NCBI GenBank assembly: GCA_008933805.1
Contig: WBUH01000002.1
Coordinates: forward strand, 27,443 to 91,442
Direction: 5' to 3'
DNA: 64,000 bases
Source of the DNA: Bacteroidota bacterium
Lineage (GTDB): Bacteria; Bacteroidota; Bacteroidia; UBA8524
Shown here: piece after piece, positions 20,463 to 29,771 of the stretch
Numbering within the stretch: position 1 is the first letter of the stretch
Layout: the number at the start of each line of letters is the position of its first letter
Position numbers and translations under genes: made by a program
The notes under the pieces: model-generated
Databases searched by the model: none
Seen by the model: the letters and a program-made list of their open reading frames with translations, nothing else
Told to the model about the DNA's origin: nothing

Positions 20463-21773
20463 ATGGCACATACCGAAAATATACAATTAGCTGATGAAAG
20501 ATATGTGATGAGCAGCCGCACCAAAATGTGGGTGATGGTGCTTATTGCAGTGGGCCTTGTGCTTACGGTGGCAGGCATTATTATGCATAAAAGCGGTGCA
20601 AGCAGCCACGATGCACACCATGCGGCATTAGTATCGGCAGGTCAAGAAACAGGACACGCTGATGCACACCACGGACCATCATGGACCGCCCGTATTTGGA
20701 GCAACTTGCTTATTAACAGTTGGTTCTTTTTCTTGATTTCTATCATGGGTACTTTCTTTGTAGCCGTAAACTACCTTGCAGAGGCAGGCTGGTCAGCTGC
20801 AATTAAACGTATCCCTGAAGCTATGGGAGCTTATTTGCCTGTAGCCTTAATAACTCTATTAGTAACAGCAATTTTTGGTGCAAATGAATTGTACCACTGG
20901 ATGCACGAAGGGGTAACAGACCCTAACAGCCCAAACTACGACTCTATTATTGCCGGCAAATCAGCGTTTCTTAACGGTGGTTTCCTTTACGGCGGTATTA
21001 TCGTAATCGTGGGTTTGTTTATACTATTCACTTACCTGATTCGCAAAAACTCTTTGAAAGAAGATGAAGTTGGTGGTTTGAAACACTTCAATAAATCGTT
21101 CCGTATTTCAGCAACTTTCACTTTCATCTTTGCTTTCGCATTCTCAATACTAACATGGTTATTGGTAATGTCGGTTGATGCACACTGGTTTTCAACCATC
21201 TATTCAGTATATAACTTTGCTACAGGTTTTGTATCGGGTATGGCTGTTCTTACCTTGTTAGTGTTGTTCCTTAAATCTCAAGGTTATTTGAACTTTGTTA
21301 ACGGCGAACATTTGCACGATTTAGGTAAATACATGTTTGCCTTCAGTATTTTCTGGACATACATTTGGTTGGCTCAGTACTTATTGATTTGGTACGCAAA
21401 CATACCTGAAGAGGTAACCTATTACAATGCCCGTTTTGATGGCCCTTACAGCACTCACTTCTGGTTTAACCTTGCATTGTGTTTCTTCTTCCCATTCTTA
21501 TGGTTTATGACTCGCGGAAACAAACGCAGCACTGTGCCTTTGGTAATTGGTGCATCGGTTATATTGGTAGGTCACTGGAGCGACGTATTTATCTTGGTTA
21601 CACCTGGTGTAATGAAAGAGAATGCACACTTTGGTTTGCTTGAAATTGGTATGCCGATATTGTTTGCAGGCATCTACATCTTTATGGTGTTGAGCGCTTT
21701 GGGCAAGGCAAACTTGTTCCCCAAAAACCACCCTTACCTGAAAGAGAGCATTTTGCACGAAACAGGTCCTTAA
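20463..21773 (+). CDS. actF: ACIII subunit ActF (second NrfD-like membrane subunit)
   Basis: 436 aa polytopic membrane protein following actE; the last gene of the operon, followed by a terminator. Confidence 0.85.
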   Translation: MAHTENIQLADERYVMSSRTKMWVMVLIAVGLVLTVAGIIMHKSGASSHDAHHAALVSAGQETGHADAHHGPSWTARIWSNLLINSWFFFLISIMGTFFVAVNYLAEAGWSAAIKRIPEAMGAYLPVALITLLVTAIFGANELYHWMHEGVTDPNSPNYDSIIAGKSAFLNGGFLYGGIIVIVGLFILFTYLIRKNSLKEDEVGGLKHFNKSFRISATFTFIFAFAFSILTWLLVMSVDAHWFSTIYSVYNFATGFVSGMAVLTLLVLFLKSQGYLNFVNGEHLHDLGKYMFAFSIFWTYIWLAQYLLIWYANIPEEVTYYNARFDGPYSTHFWFNLALCFFFPFLWFMTRGNKRSTVPLVIGASVILVGHWSDVFILVTPGVMKENAHFGLLEIGMPILFAGIYIFMVLSALGKANLFPKNHPYLKESILHETGP

Positions 21774-21811
21774 TAGAAACAGAGATTATACTACTATAAA
21801 GTATTTATTCA

Positions 21812-21834
21812 AAAGGCACGCATTGCGTGCCTTT
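21812..21834 (+). terminator. Rho-independent terminator after actF
   Basis: aaaggcacgc att gcgtgccttt: a perfect 10-bp stem followed by ttgtgttt. Confidence 0.7.
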
Positions 21835-22014
21835 TGTGTTTATTAGCGGTTAATGGTGATTGGAAAGGTGTACATAGCGTTATTGCAAGCGGATAAATAA
21901 ATGGAAAATGACAAATCCAATTTGCCAAAGATTAGGCACATATTGTTAATGGGAATAGCAATGCCGTTGCCAAATGCAGCAAGGGTTTATTAGTAAGTGA
22001 GAGGGGAAAAAGAG

Positions 22015-22386
22015 TTATTGGATAATCCGTTTAGTAGAGAAAGAGTTGTCGCACATTTCAGGTACTACCACTGCATTTGATAATGCTTGAGAAACGGATG
22101 AAGCTATAAATTTAAAGCTGAAGTCTACAGCGGTGTCGCTAAATGCTTTTTCGTTAACAACAAAACGTAGTTTGTAAGTACTTCCTGTTTTATCCAGTTG
22201 CACGCTCACAGCCTTGTCTTCGGTAAAGTAGCCGGTTTCCTGTATTTTGCTACCTGCTTTATCGGCTTCTTCGGCAGTAATACTGCTGGTGTAATACAAC
22301 TCACCTTTTCCAAATACCTTCTTATCTCCGTAATTATTACAAGCAGTTAACAACAGGGTTGTGAAACCGATAAAAAAGTATTTCAT
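22015..22386 (-). CDS. Hypothetical lipoprotein
   Basis: Start trimmed to MKYFFIGFTTLLLTACNN (lipobox LLTAC). No recognisable family. Confidence 0.45.
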   Translation of the reverse strand: MKYFFIGFTTLLLTACNNYGDKKVFGKGELYYTSSITAEEADKAGSKIQETGYFTEDKAVSVQLDKTGSTYKLRFVVNEKAFSDTAVDFSFKFIASSVSQALSNAVVVPEMCDNSFSTKRIIQ

Positions 22387-22480
22387 GTTTGCAGTATGTC
22401 TTTGTTGATTATAGCGCAGCAAAGTAAACCAAAAAGTAAGTAAAAATGCAATGCCTTTGTATAGTGTTATAAGCTCTTGA

Positions 22481-23095
22481 TTAGCTTTTTGTAAGTTTAA
22501 ATACGTAGTGGTGTTTCCAAGGAAATCCGGGACGTATAAACCCCTCGTAGCTGATGGTAAGTCCTAAACGGGTAAACAGTTGCTTGTAATAGTTATACGA
22601 CCTGAAATTAAGCGGAACGGGCACACCCTCTTTCATTTTGTTCAGTATCCAATCTTCGGCCATTATGTATAGCTTATCGGGAGTGTTGTGATACATCTCC
22701 TCTATAAGCAAAATGCTTCCACCGGGTTTTAGTGTGCGAGCCAAATCGGCAAGGTAAAAATCAGGGTCGGGGGTATGGTGCATTACGGCTGATGCAATGG
22801 CTATGTCAAATGTACCCTCGGCAAAAGGTAATTCGCCTACTTCACAAACCCTAAACTGTACACGAGGGTTGTTTAGCAATTCACGGTCAAGGTTTTGGTC
22901 TTCAATTACATCTACCGCGGTTATTTGTACTTGCGGCATGGTTTCGGCCAACACCCTTGCCATGTACATATTGCCCGCACCAAAATCAAGGATGTGAGCA
23001 TTGGCAGGAGTAATAAGGGGAACCAGCTTTTGGGCAAGACGTTTTGAGCGGTTGAACGAAAGCTTTTTATAAAAACCTAAACTGGCTATAAACAT
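22481..23095 (-). CDS. Class I SAM-dependent methyltransferase
   Basis: 204 aa. Motif I ILDFGAGNM, acidic motif-II residue, post I-like motif LKPGG. Confidence 0.75.
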   Translation of the reverse strand: MFIASLGFYKKLSFNRSKRLAQKLVPLITPANAHILDFGAGNMYMARVLAETMPQVQITAVDVIEDQNLDRELLNNPRVQFRVCEVGELPFAEGTFDIAIASAVMHHTPDPDFYLADLARTLKPGGSILLIEEMYHNTPDKLYIMAEDWILNKMKEGVPVPLNFRSYNYYKQLFTRLGLTISYEGFIRPGFPWKHHYVFKLTKS

Positions 23096-23170
23096 TGTGA
23101 GTTGCGGCTATTTTATGTGGCTGTTTGTGCGCTGCGCGAAAATAAACAAAAAGATGAAGGGAGGTGAACT

Positions 23171-24301
23171 CTATTCTAGCAGCAAGGTTGCCAGTTTTTC
23201 ACCTGTGGTGCTGCCTAATGCCACGCCCATGCCATTACAGCCGAATCCTACGGCAATACTGTCGGTAATTTTTTTGACTATGGGTTTTTTATCGGGGGTA
23301 AAGCCCATGATACCTTGCCACACACGGTCTATTTCATACGCTTGGCCGGGCAAAATCACCTCGTCAATAAAATCTTTCAGTTCACTAATAATGTAGTCGT
23401 TGCGTTCGTAGGCGGTAGTAGTCTCGGTTTCAAAATCAAGATTACGTCCGCCACCAAATAATAGCCTGTCGCCAAAATCTCTGAAATAAAAATACCCCTC
23501 TTCAAAATGGAATGTACCTTTAAACTTAAGATTGTCAATAGGTTTAGTAATCAATACCTGTCCGCGGCCGGGGCTTATTTGCAAATCAGGTAAAAAATCA
23601 CCCGTAAAAGCATTGGTACACAAGGCCAACTTCTCACATTCAAACTCAACATTCTCGTTCAGTTGGCGGTGGTTCACAAAAACGCTTATGCCGTTTTCAG
23701 TTTCATCAAACTCAATTACTTCGGCACCGGTAATAATCTTAACACCTAACGATGTTGCATACGCCGCCAGCGATTGCATCATCATGCCTGTATTTATCTG
23801 CCCTTCAAGCGGGGTGTATATCAAGTGTTTGGTGTTCCCAAACCCCAAAGCACCTATTTCGCTTGTTTTATCATAAAATACCTGACTATTGAAATAGGGA
23901 TGTAATAATTGGTTTAGGTGTTCAATTTCCCCAAGGTCAAAACCGGTATCATCATTAAAAACCAGTTCATACCCGCCGTTTTGTATGTAGCCAATGTTAT
24001 TATCACCCAATCGGGCACGCAGCTTATCCAAACCGTTTTTGCGGTTAAGGGCTATTTGAGCAACGGTTTCAGCATCGGATAACTTAATATCCGAAAGCAT
24101 TTCGCAAGCTTTAACAAAACAGGCAAACCCCGCATTTTTGGTGCTTGCTCCGGTAGGAAAGATGCCTCTTTCAAGTACCAATACCGTTTTTTTCGGATTG
24201 TTCTCTTTTAGCGAACAGGCGGTTGATAAGCCTGTGATACCGCCCCCTATGATGATAATGTCATAGCGGGTAAATGAATTTTTTTCCCAAAAACTAATCA
24301 T
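23171..24301 (-). CDS. FAD-dependent oxidoreductase (DAO/glycine-oxidase-like family)
   Basis: 376 aa. N-terminal dinucleotide-binding motif DIIIIGGGITGLSTA and a C-terminal FGCNGMG-type region. Confidence 0.8.
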   Translation of the reverse strand: MISFWEKNSFTRYDIIIIGGGITGLSTACSLKENNPKKTVLVLERGIFPTGASTKNAGFACFVKACEMLSDIKLSDAETVAQIALNRKNGLDKLRARLGDNNIGYIQNGGYELVFNDDTGFDLGEIEHLNQLLHPYFNSQVFYDKTSEIGALGFGNTKHLIYTPLEGQINTGMMMQSLAAYATSLGVKIITGAEVIEFDETENGISVFVNHRQLNENVEFECEKLALCTNAFTGDFLPDLQISPGRGQVLITKPIDNLKFKGTFHFEEGYFYFRDFGDRLLFGGGRNLDFETETTTAYERNDYIISELKDFIDEVILPGQAYEIDRVWQGIMGFTPDKKPIVKKITDSIAVGFGCNGMGVALGSTTGEKLATLLLE

Positions 24302-24378
24302 TGCTTACCAAATTCAATATTCAATGATAATACTTTCCTTCTATTTTATGTTTTGTATAGATTTGGCAAAACTATTTT

Positions 24379-25401
24379 ATGGATGCCACTATTACTCTTG
24401 CAGCAAAAACAGATACCGGACGTTTGGGTATAATGTTTCTTAAAAGATATTGGGAAAAACAACGGGCTATAGCAGTAAGAAAGGCCACACCAAATATGTT
24501 TGCCGATGAATGGAGTATTGATAAAAGTTTGCTATCAGTGGTGGGTATTGGCGAAGAACAAATGCTGAAATTTCTTTTCATGCAAAATCCTACGTTTGAA
24601 GAACTTGAAGCATGGGTGCTTGAAGTAAATGGCGGCTCTTTGGCAACGGACAAAGTAATGTCTTTTAATAAATGTTTGGTGGAGGGGGATATTCCCGTAG
24701 CCTTAGGAAGTGATACAGAAATGGTGTTAAGTGAAGCTGATTTGGCATTTTGGGACGAGAATGGCTATGTAATTGTGCGGAATGCGGTGGATAAGCAAGG
24801 CTGTGAAGACGCAATCGCAGCCATTTGCAGCCATATAGGGGTGGATTTAAGCAACCCGTCTACTTGGTATTTGGGTCAAAATAAGGCCGGGATAATGGTG
24901 CAGTTATGGCAACATGAAACCCTTGAAAAAAACCGACGGTCAAAGCGCATTCGCGATGCTTTCAGGCAATTATGGCGTAGGGAGGATGTATTTGTGAATG
25001 CAGATAGGGGTGGCTTTAACCCTCCTGAAACCGATAATTATAAATTTCAAGGTTCGCCGTTGCATTGGGACGTGAGTTTGTCTCAGCCAATTCCCTTTGG
25101 TACACAAGGGATATTATACCTTACCGATACACAGGCCAATCAAGGAGCATTTACAGCTGTACCCGGTTTTCAGCATAAAGTAGGGCAGTGGTTACAGAGC
25201 CTTCCTCCCGATGCTAATCCGAGGGAGCAAAACTTTTATGAGTTGGGAGCTAAACCCATTGCCGCAAATGCAGGGGATTTGATAATATGGCACCATGCTT
25301 TACCGCACGGGGCAAGTCCTAATACATCAACAGCACCCCGCATTGTACAATATTTAAATTACAAGCCGGTGATGATGGATATACACCCAGTGTGGCTGTA
25401 A
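24379..25401 (+). CDS. Phytanoyl-CoA dioxygenase (PhyH) family Fe(II)/2-oxoglutarate oxygenase-like protein with an N-terminal extension
   Basis: LSEADLAFWDENGYVIVRNAV is a PhyH-like N-terminus. A candidate HxD...H triad is HWDVS...WHHALPHG. The family assignment is from memory only. Confidence 0.5.
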   Translation: MDATITLAAKTDTGRLGIMFLKRYWEKQRAIAVRKATPNMFADEWSIDKSLLSVVGIGEEQMLKFLFMQNPTFEELEAWVLEVNGGSLATDKVMSFNKCLVEGDIPVALGSDTEMVLSEADLAFWDENGYVIVRNAVDKQGCEDAIAAICSHIGVDLSNPSTWYLGQNKAGIMVQLWQHETLEKNRRSKRIRDAFRQLWRREDVFVNADRGGFNPPETDNYKFQGSPLHWDVSLSQPIPFGTQGILYLTDTQANQGAFTAVPGFQHKVGQWLQSLPPDANPREQNFYELGAKPIAANAGDLIIWHHALPHGASPNTSTAPRIVQYLNYKPVMMDIHPVWL

Positions 25402-25403
25402 GG

Positions 25404-25895
25404 TTAGTTGGTTACGTATAAAAAGCTGCCGCTTTGTGATACGCGGTAGTTTTTTAGCGAGAACCGCGAAGGCCCGCTGATAAGTATTCCGCCCTCAAGA
25501 GCGTAATGCGAGTTGCAGCAAGGAACCCAAGTAGTATCGCTTTGAGATTTGTACGAACCGCAACGGGCAAATACCCCATTGTTTTCAACCGTTACTTTGG
25601 CGCAACTATCCCAAGGTTGGTAAGGGCAGTTACGTTCAAGGGCATAAAAATTATCGTCGTAGTGGTGGTATATAATCAAACCCTTAACGCCGCCGTTTTC
25701 ATATACCCAGTTTCCTTGGGCTTGCAAAGGCAGGTATTGGGGTAAATTAAGGTTAATAGTAACATTAACAGGCACATTGGGCACATCGTTCTGCACTTGC
25801 CCGTTATCTTTTTTGCACTGTGCCAGCAAAAAAACGATGGCTGTACCCATAATTGCCAGTGCGGCCAACTTGTATAATCTACCTAAAGTCATCAT
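25404..25895 (-). CDS. Hypothetical Cys-rich lipoprotein
   Basis: I trimmed the start to MMTLGRLYKLAALAIMGTAIVFLLAQC (lipobox). Five additional Cys residues (CPYQPWDSC, CGSY, WVPCCNSH). The track ORF extends further upstream to 26009, abutting the tRNA. Confidence 0.45.
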   Translation of the reverse strand: MMTLGRLYKLAALAIMGTAIVFLLAQCKKDNGQVQNDVPNVPVNVTINLNLPQYLPLQAQGNWVYENGGVKGLIIYHHYDDNFYALERNCPYQPWDSCAKVTVENNGVFARCGSYKSQSDTTWVPCCNSHYALEGGILISGPSRFSLKNYRVSQSGSFLYVTN

Positions 25896-26012
25896 CACAA
25901 TAAACGAACTATTAAATACAAATGTTGCTGTTTTTGAGGCTAAAACCAAAACAAAGCAAATAAGGTTTGCAGATTTGGCAAATAGCGTTAATTTTGCACT
26001 CCTGTTCAAAAA

Positions 26013-26083
26013 GGTCTCATGGCCGAGTGGCTAGGCACGGGTCTGCAAAACCCTTTACGGCGGTTCGAATCCGCCTGAGACCT
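26013..26083 (+). tRNA. tRNA-Cys (anticodon GCA)
   Basis: Hand-folded cloverleaf: 7-bp acceptor GGTCTCA/TGAGACC, anticodon loop CTGCAAA, T-arm GGCGG-TTCGAAT-CCGCC, 4-nt variable loop, discriminator T. Length 71 nt; CCA is not encoded. Confidence 0.85.
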
Positions 26084-26113
26084 CAAACCCCAATCATTAA
26101 AGCAGCTTCACCC

Positions 26114-26878
26114 TTGAAAGTTACTTTTTTAGGCACAGGCACTTCGCAGGGTATCCCCGTAATAGCTTGTGGTTGTGAAGTTTGCCAATCACCCGACCCC
26201 AAAGACAAGCGTTTACGAACCTCGATACACGTTGAAACAAACGGGTTGAGTTTGGTTGTTGATACCGGTCCTGATTTTCGTCAGCAAATGTTGCGCGAAA
26301 ACATTAACACCCTTGATGCAGTAATATTTACCCATGCCCACAAAGACCATATTGCGGGAATGGACGATATACGGGCGTATAATTTTGTGCAGCAAAATGC
26401 TGTACCCATTTACGCCGATAAGATAGTGCAAGAAGCTTTGAGGCGTGATTTCCATTATGTGTTTGCCGATGAAAAATACCCCGGCATCCCTGAGGTGGAG
26501 ATGAATACCATTGAATACAATACCCCTTTTACCATCGGGACTACTAAAATTGAACCCATAATGGTTTGGCATTACCGCTTGCCGGTGTTGGGCTTCCGTT
26601 TTGGTGATTTCACCTACATTACCGATGCTAACCGCATTGATGAAGCCGAAAAAGAAAAAATAAAAGGTAGTAAAGCACTGGTTCTGAATGCACTTCGTAA
26701 AACCGAACACATTTCGCATTTTACGTTGGATGAGGCCATTGCCCTTGCGCAAGAGCTGCAAGTGCCTGATACGTATTTGATACATCTGAGCCACCAAATG
26801 GGCAAGCACGAAGAGGTGAGCAAAGAGCTGCCCGCAGGCATACACATTGCCTACGACGGACTTCAATTAGTCCTTTAA
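26114..26878 (+). CDS. MBL-fold metallo-hydrolase (PhnP/YhfI-like)
   Basis: KVTFLGTGTSQGIPV is at the N-terminus and HxHxDH is present as THAHKDHIAG. The track ORF (from 25967) reads through the tRNA. The first in-frame start after the tRNA is a TTG at 26114, giving (M)KVTFLGTG.... Confidence 0.72.
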   Translation: MKVTFLGTGTSQGIPVIACGCEVCQSPDPKDKRLRTSIHVETNGLSLVVDTGPDFRQQMLRENINTLDAVIFTHAHKDHIAGMDDIRAYNFVQQNAVPIYADKIVQEALRRDFHYVFADEKYPGIPEVEMNTIEYNTPFTIGTTKIEPIMVWHYRLPVLGFRFGDFTYITDANRIDEAEKEKIKGSKALVLNALRKTEHISHFTLDEAIALAQELQVPDTYLIHLSHQMGKHEEVSKELPAGIHIAYDGLQLVL

Positions 26879-26936
26879 TTTAACGGTATAGGGAAGCAAC
26901 CCAATACCCAATTACTTATAACAAATAACTAATACC

Positions 26937-27980
26937 ATGTTTGAAAACGCAGGAAGAACCGAATTGCAAGATTTAGGTGAGTTTGGTTTGATAAAACACC
27001 TTACGAGTGCTATTGAACACAAAAACACACAAACAATAAAAGGTGTTGGCGACGATGCGGCCGTGCTTGATTATGGCGATAAGAAAGTATTGGTGAGCAC
27101 TGATATGTTGTTGGAAGGTGTACATTTTGACCTTGCCTATACCCCGTTGAAGCACTTGGGTTACAAGGCTGTGGTGGTGAACCTTTCTGACATTTATGCC
27201 ATGAACGGAACACCCAAGCAGGTTACTGTTTCGATCGGGATTTCAAATCGTTTTTCGTTAGAGGCGGTTGAAGAATTGTACAAAGGCATTTATGCTGCTT
27301 GCGACCATTACCATGTTGATTTGGTTGGCGGTGATACCTCATCATCAAGGCAGGGATTGGTTTTATCAGTTACCGCAGTGGGTGAGGTAGAAGAAAATAA
27401 AATAACCTACCGCAATACCGCCAAAGAAGGTGATTTATTATGCCTTAGCGGCGATGTGGGCGGTGCTTATATGGGTTTGCAGTTGTTGGAGCGTGAAAAG
27501 CAAGTGTTTTTAGCCAATCCGCAAATGCAACCCGATTTGGAAGGCTGGGATTATATTGTAAGCCGTCAGTTGAAACCCGAAGCTCGCAAAGACGTTGTTG
27601 AATGGTTGGCAGGAAAAGGGATTGTCCCTACATCTATGATTGATGTATCGGACGGGGTAGCTTCTGAAATTTTCCATTTATGCAGTCAATCGGGCGTGGG
27701 GATGAATGTGTATGAAGAGAAGCTACCGATTGACCACCAAACCATTCAGATGGCTGAAGAGTTTAAATTGGATGTTACCACAGCAGCCTTGAACGGCGGT
27801 GAGGATTACGAACTGCTGTTTACCATTCCGCAAAGTGAGTATGATAAAATTAAGAGCCACAAACCTATTACTGTAATTGGACATTGTACAGCACAAAGCG
27901 AAGGCATTAATATTATTACCCGTAACAATAATAAGTTTGCTTTGCAAGCACAAGGCTGGCAACATTTGAAGAAGGATTAA
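26937..27980 (+). CDS. thiL: Thiamine-monophosphate kinase
   Basis: 347 aa with AIR-synthase-related fold motifs: GEFGLIKHL, GVGDDAAVL, STDMLLEGVHF. Confidence 0.85.
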   Translation: MFENAGRTELQDLGEFGLIKHLTSAIEHKNTQTIKGVGDDAAVLDYGDKKVLVSTDMLLEGVHFDLAYTPLKHLGYKAVVVNLSDIYAMNGTPKQVTVSIGISNRFSLEAVEELYKGIYAACDHYHVDLVGGDTSSSRQGLVLSVTAVGEVEENKITYRNTAKEGDLLCLSGDVGGAYMGLQLLEREKQVFLANPQMQPDLEGWDYIVSRQLKPEARKDVVEWLAGKGIVPTSMIDVSDGVASEIFHLCSQSGVGMNVYEEKLPIDHQTIQMAEEFKLDVTTAALNGGEDYELLFTIPQSEYDKIKSHKPITVIGHCTAQSEGINIITRNNNKFALQAQGWQHLKKD

Positions 27981-28101
27981 GCGGAAAGTAAGTTTTTATC
28001 TTATTCTTCAGGCCACAAAGACACAAAGACACCAAGCTTTTGTAATTAGAATGCTTGGTGTCTTTGTAGTAATATAGATGCTGTAGAGACAGCCCATTTG
28101 C

Positions 28102-28812
28102 TTAATTACTTATACCGCCGCCGCCAATGGTAATCCCCACGTAGAAGCTGGATAGGTTGCCCATGCCGCTCACCTTGGTATCGTTGGCTTCAAACCGCCA
28201 ATCTTGTGATGGGAAGTAATTTATACCGGCTGCAAGTCCCAGCATAAAACAACTTCTACCCGCATCGTCGCCCTTACCTTTTATTAGTTGCTGCACTCCA
28301 ATACCGGCCTCAAGGCCAAACCCGCCGGCTCTAATTTTCCTTTTTTCGCCGATAGGTATTTGTTGGTTGGCGCTAAAATCAAGTGTTGTAAAGCTCGTGT
28401 TTTTAATTTCTAAGGTACTGCCTCCACCGCCAATTCCGCCAAAGCCATACATAAAGGTTCTTTCTTTTTTTAAGAACAAGTAGCCAAAATTAAAGAAGCC
28501 CCCACCGATGCTTAGTTTTACCTCAGCGTTTGTTGCATCGCCAAGTAGAATAGTGCCGTAGCCACCCCCGCCGATAAGAAATCTATTATAAATGCCAAAG
28601 CCTTTACCGCCCATTGTGCGGCCTACAGGAGAAAAATTAAACGAGTTACCAAATAGGGTAGGACTCTGCAATCGGGTTTCAATACTCTTTTGAAAATGCC
28701 CTCCTATTCCGGCATTAAAGTACCCGAAGCCTCCTTCGTATTTTTGTGCAATTGCGGTATGGGCAAGCACAGTTAATACACAAATAGAAATAAGTTTACC
28801 TAGTGTTTTCAT
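28102..28812 (-). CDS. Gly-rich outer-membrane beta-barrel protein (hypothetical)
   Basis: Signal peptide, then alternating Gly/aromatic beta-strand-like pattern, with a C-terminal aromatic-rich strand. Confidence 0.45.
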   Translation of the reverse strand: MKTLGKLISICVLTVLAHTAIAQKYEGGFGYFNAGIGGHFQKSIETRLQSPTLFGNSFNFSPVGRTMGGKGFGIYNRFLIGGGGYGTILLGDATNAEVKLSIGGGFFNFGYLFLKKERTFMYGFGGIGGGGSTLEIKNTSFTTLDFSANQQIPIGEKRKIRAGGFGLEAGIGVQQLIKGKGDDAGRSCFMLGLAAGINYFPSQDWRFEANDTKVSGMGNLSSFYVGITIGGGGISN

Positions 28813-28877
28813 AGTTTTTAATAAATAGATGATTGCCCGCGTTGTGCGGATAAGATTTAAAGCAGCCCTTGTGCTAT

Positions 28878-29174
28878 TTACTCAGCTTTGGGCTTTATGT
28901 ATTGTTGCAGAGCTTCTACGTATTTCTCAAAGGCGTTGAGTCCCTGAGGTGTGAGTTTGCAAAGTGTTTGCGGATAATTGTTATGAAAACGCTTTTCGAT
29001 ATCAATATATCCGGCCTCTTTTAGTTTGTTCAGTTGCACGCTTAGGTTGCCTGCGGTAGCACCGGTTTTATCTTTTATAAAGGTAAATTCAGCCGATTGA
29101 ACCCCAACCAGCAGGCTCACTACCGCCAATCTTAGTTGGCTGTGCAGTATGGGGTCCAAATCATTAAAGGCCAT
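28878..29174 (-). CDS. Winged-helix transcriptional regulator (small, PadR/MarR-like)
   Basis: Start trimmed to MAFNDLDP. TFIKDKTGATAGNLSVQLNKLKEAGYI is a helix-turn-helix region. Only 5 nt downstream of the membrane-protein gene. Confidence 0.55.
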   Translation of the reverse strand: MAFNDLDPILHSQLRLAVVSLLVGVQSAEFTFIKDKTGATAGNLSVQLNKLKEAGYIDIEKRFHNNYPQTLCKLTPQGLNAFEKYVEALQQYIKPKAE

Positions 29175-29754
29175 ATTCGGGGTTCCTTTCGCGTTTTGCC
29201 CGCAATATATAACCGGGTATGATATACCCACCCAATACAGATGCTCCTAAAACCAATAAACCTTCGGGGAAATCTACCCAAACCAAAGCAGCCGCGCACA
29301 CCCACGCAAATATTCCGCCTATAATTAGTGGTTTAAATTTTATGATTGTACCCGTGGTAAGCGTTCCCATTCCGTAAAAAATCATCAGCGCCACGTATGC
29401 TCCTCTAAAATTGGCAACGGCGGTAACCAGCAACAGCACCAAGAAAAGTGATATACCCAAATACATCCACATGGTACCTATGTAGTTATCAATGTAGCTG
29501 GTTGCTAAACTGGCCTTGCTCATTCTATAGCCTGCAACGGCTGATGTGATTGCAGCTGTCGTCATTAACACAGGCCATGGCAAAAAATGATATTCATAGT
29601 TCTGTTTCCATAAAACATAGTGAGTTACCGATGCCAACAAAACTGCCCAACCCCAAAGCAAGAAAAAGAAACTGTTGTTTTGAAGTTTGTTCTTAGCCGT
29701 ATTAATCATTTGGGTAATGATTTGCAGGCTTTGTTTTTCATCAAATGGTTCCAT
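29164..29754 (-). CDS. Hypothetical integral membrane protein, co-operonic with the wHTH regulator
   Basis: 196 aa, about 5 TM segments, no recognisable family. Confidence 0.45.
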   Translation of the reverse strand: MEPFDEKQSLQIITQMINTAKNKLQNNSFFFLLWGWAVLLASVTHYVLWKQNYEYHFLPWPVLMTTAAITSAVAGYRMSKASLATSYIDNYIGTMWMYLGISLFLVLLLVTAVANFRGAYVALMIFYGMGTLTTGTIIKFKPLIIGGIFAWVCAAALVWVDFPEGLLVLGASVLGGYIIPGYILRAKRERNPEYGL

Positions 29755-29771
29755 GATGGTTTATGGGGGTA

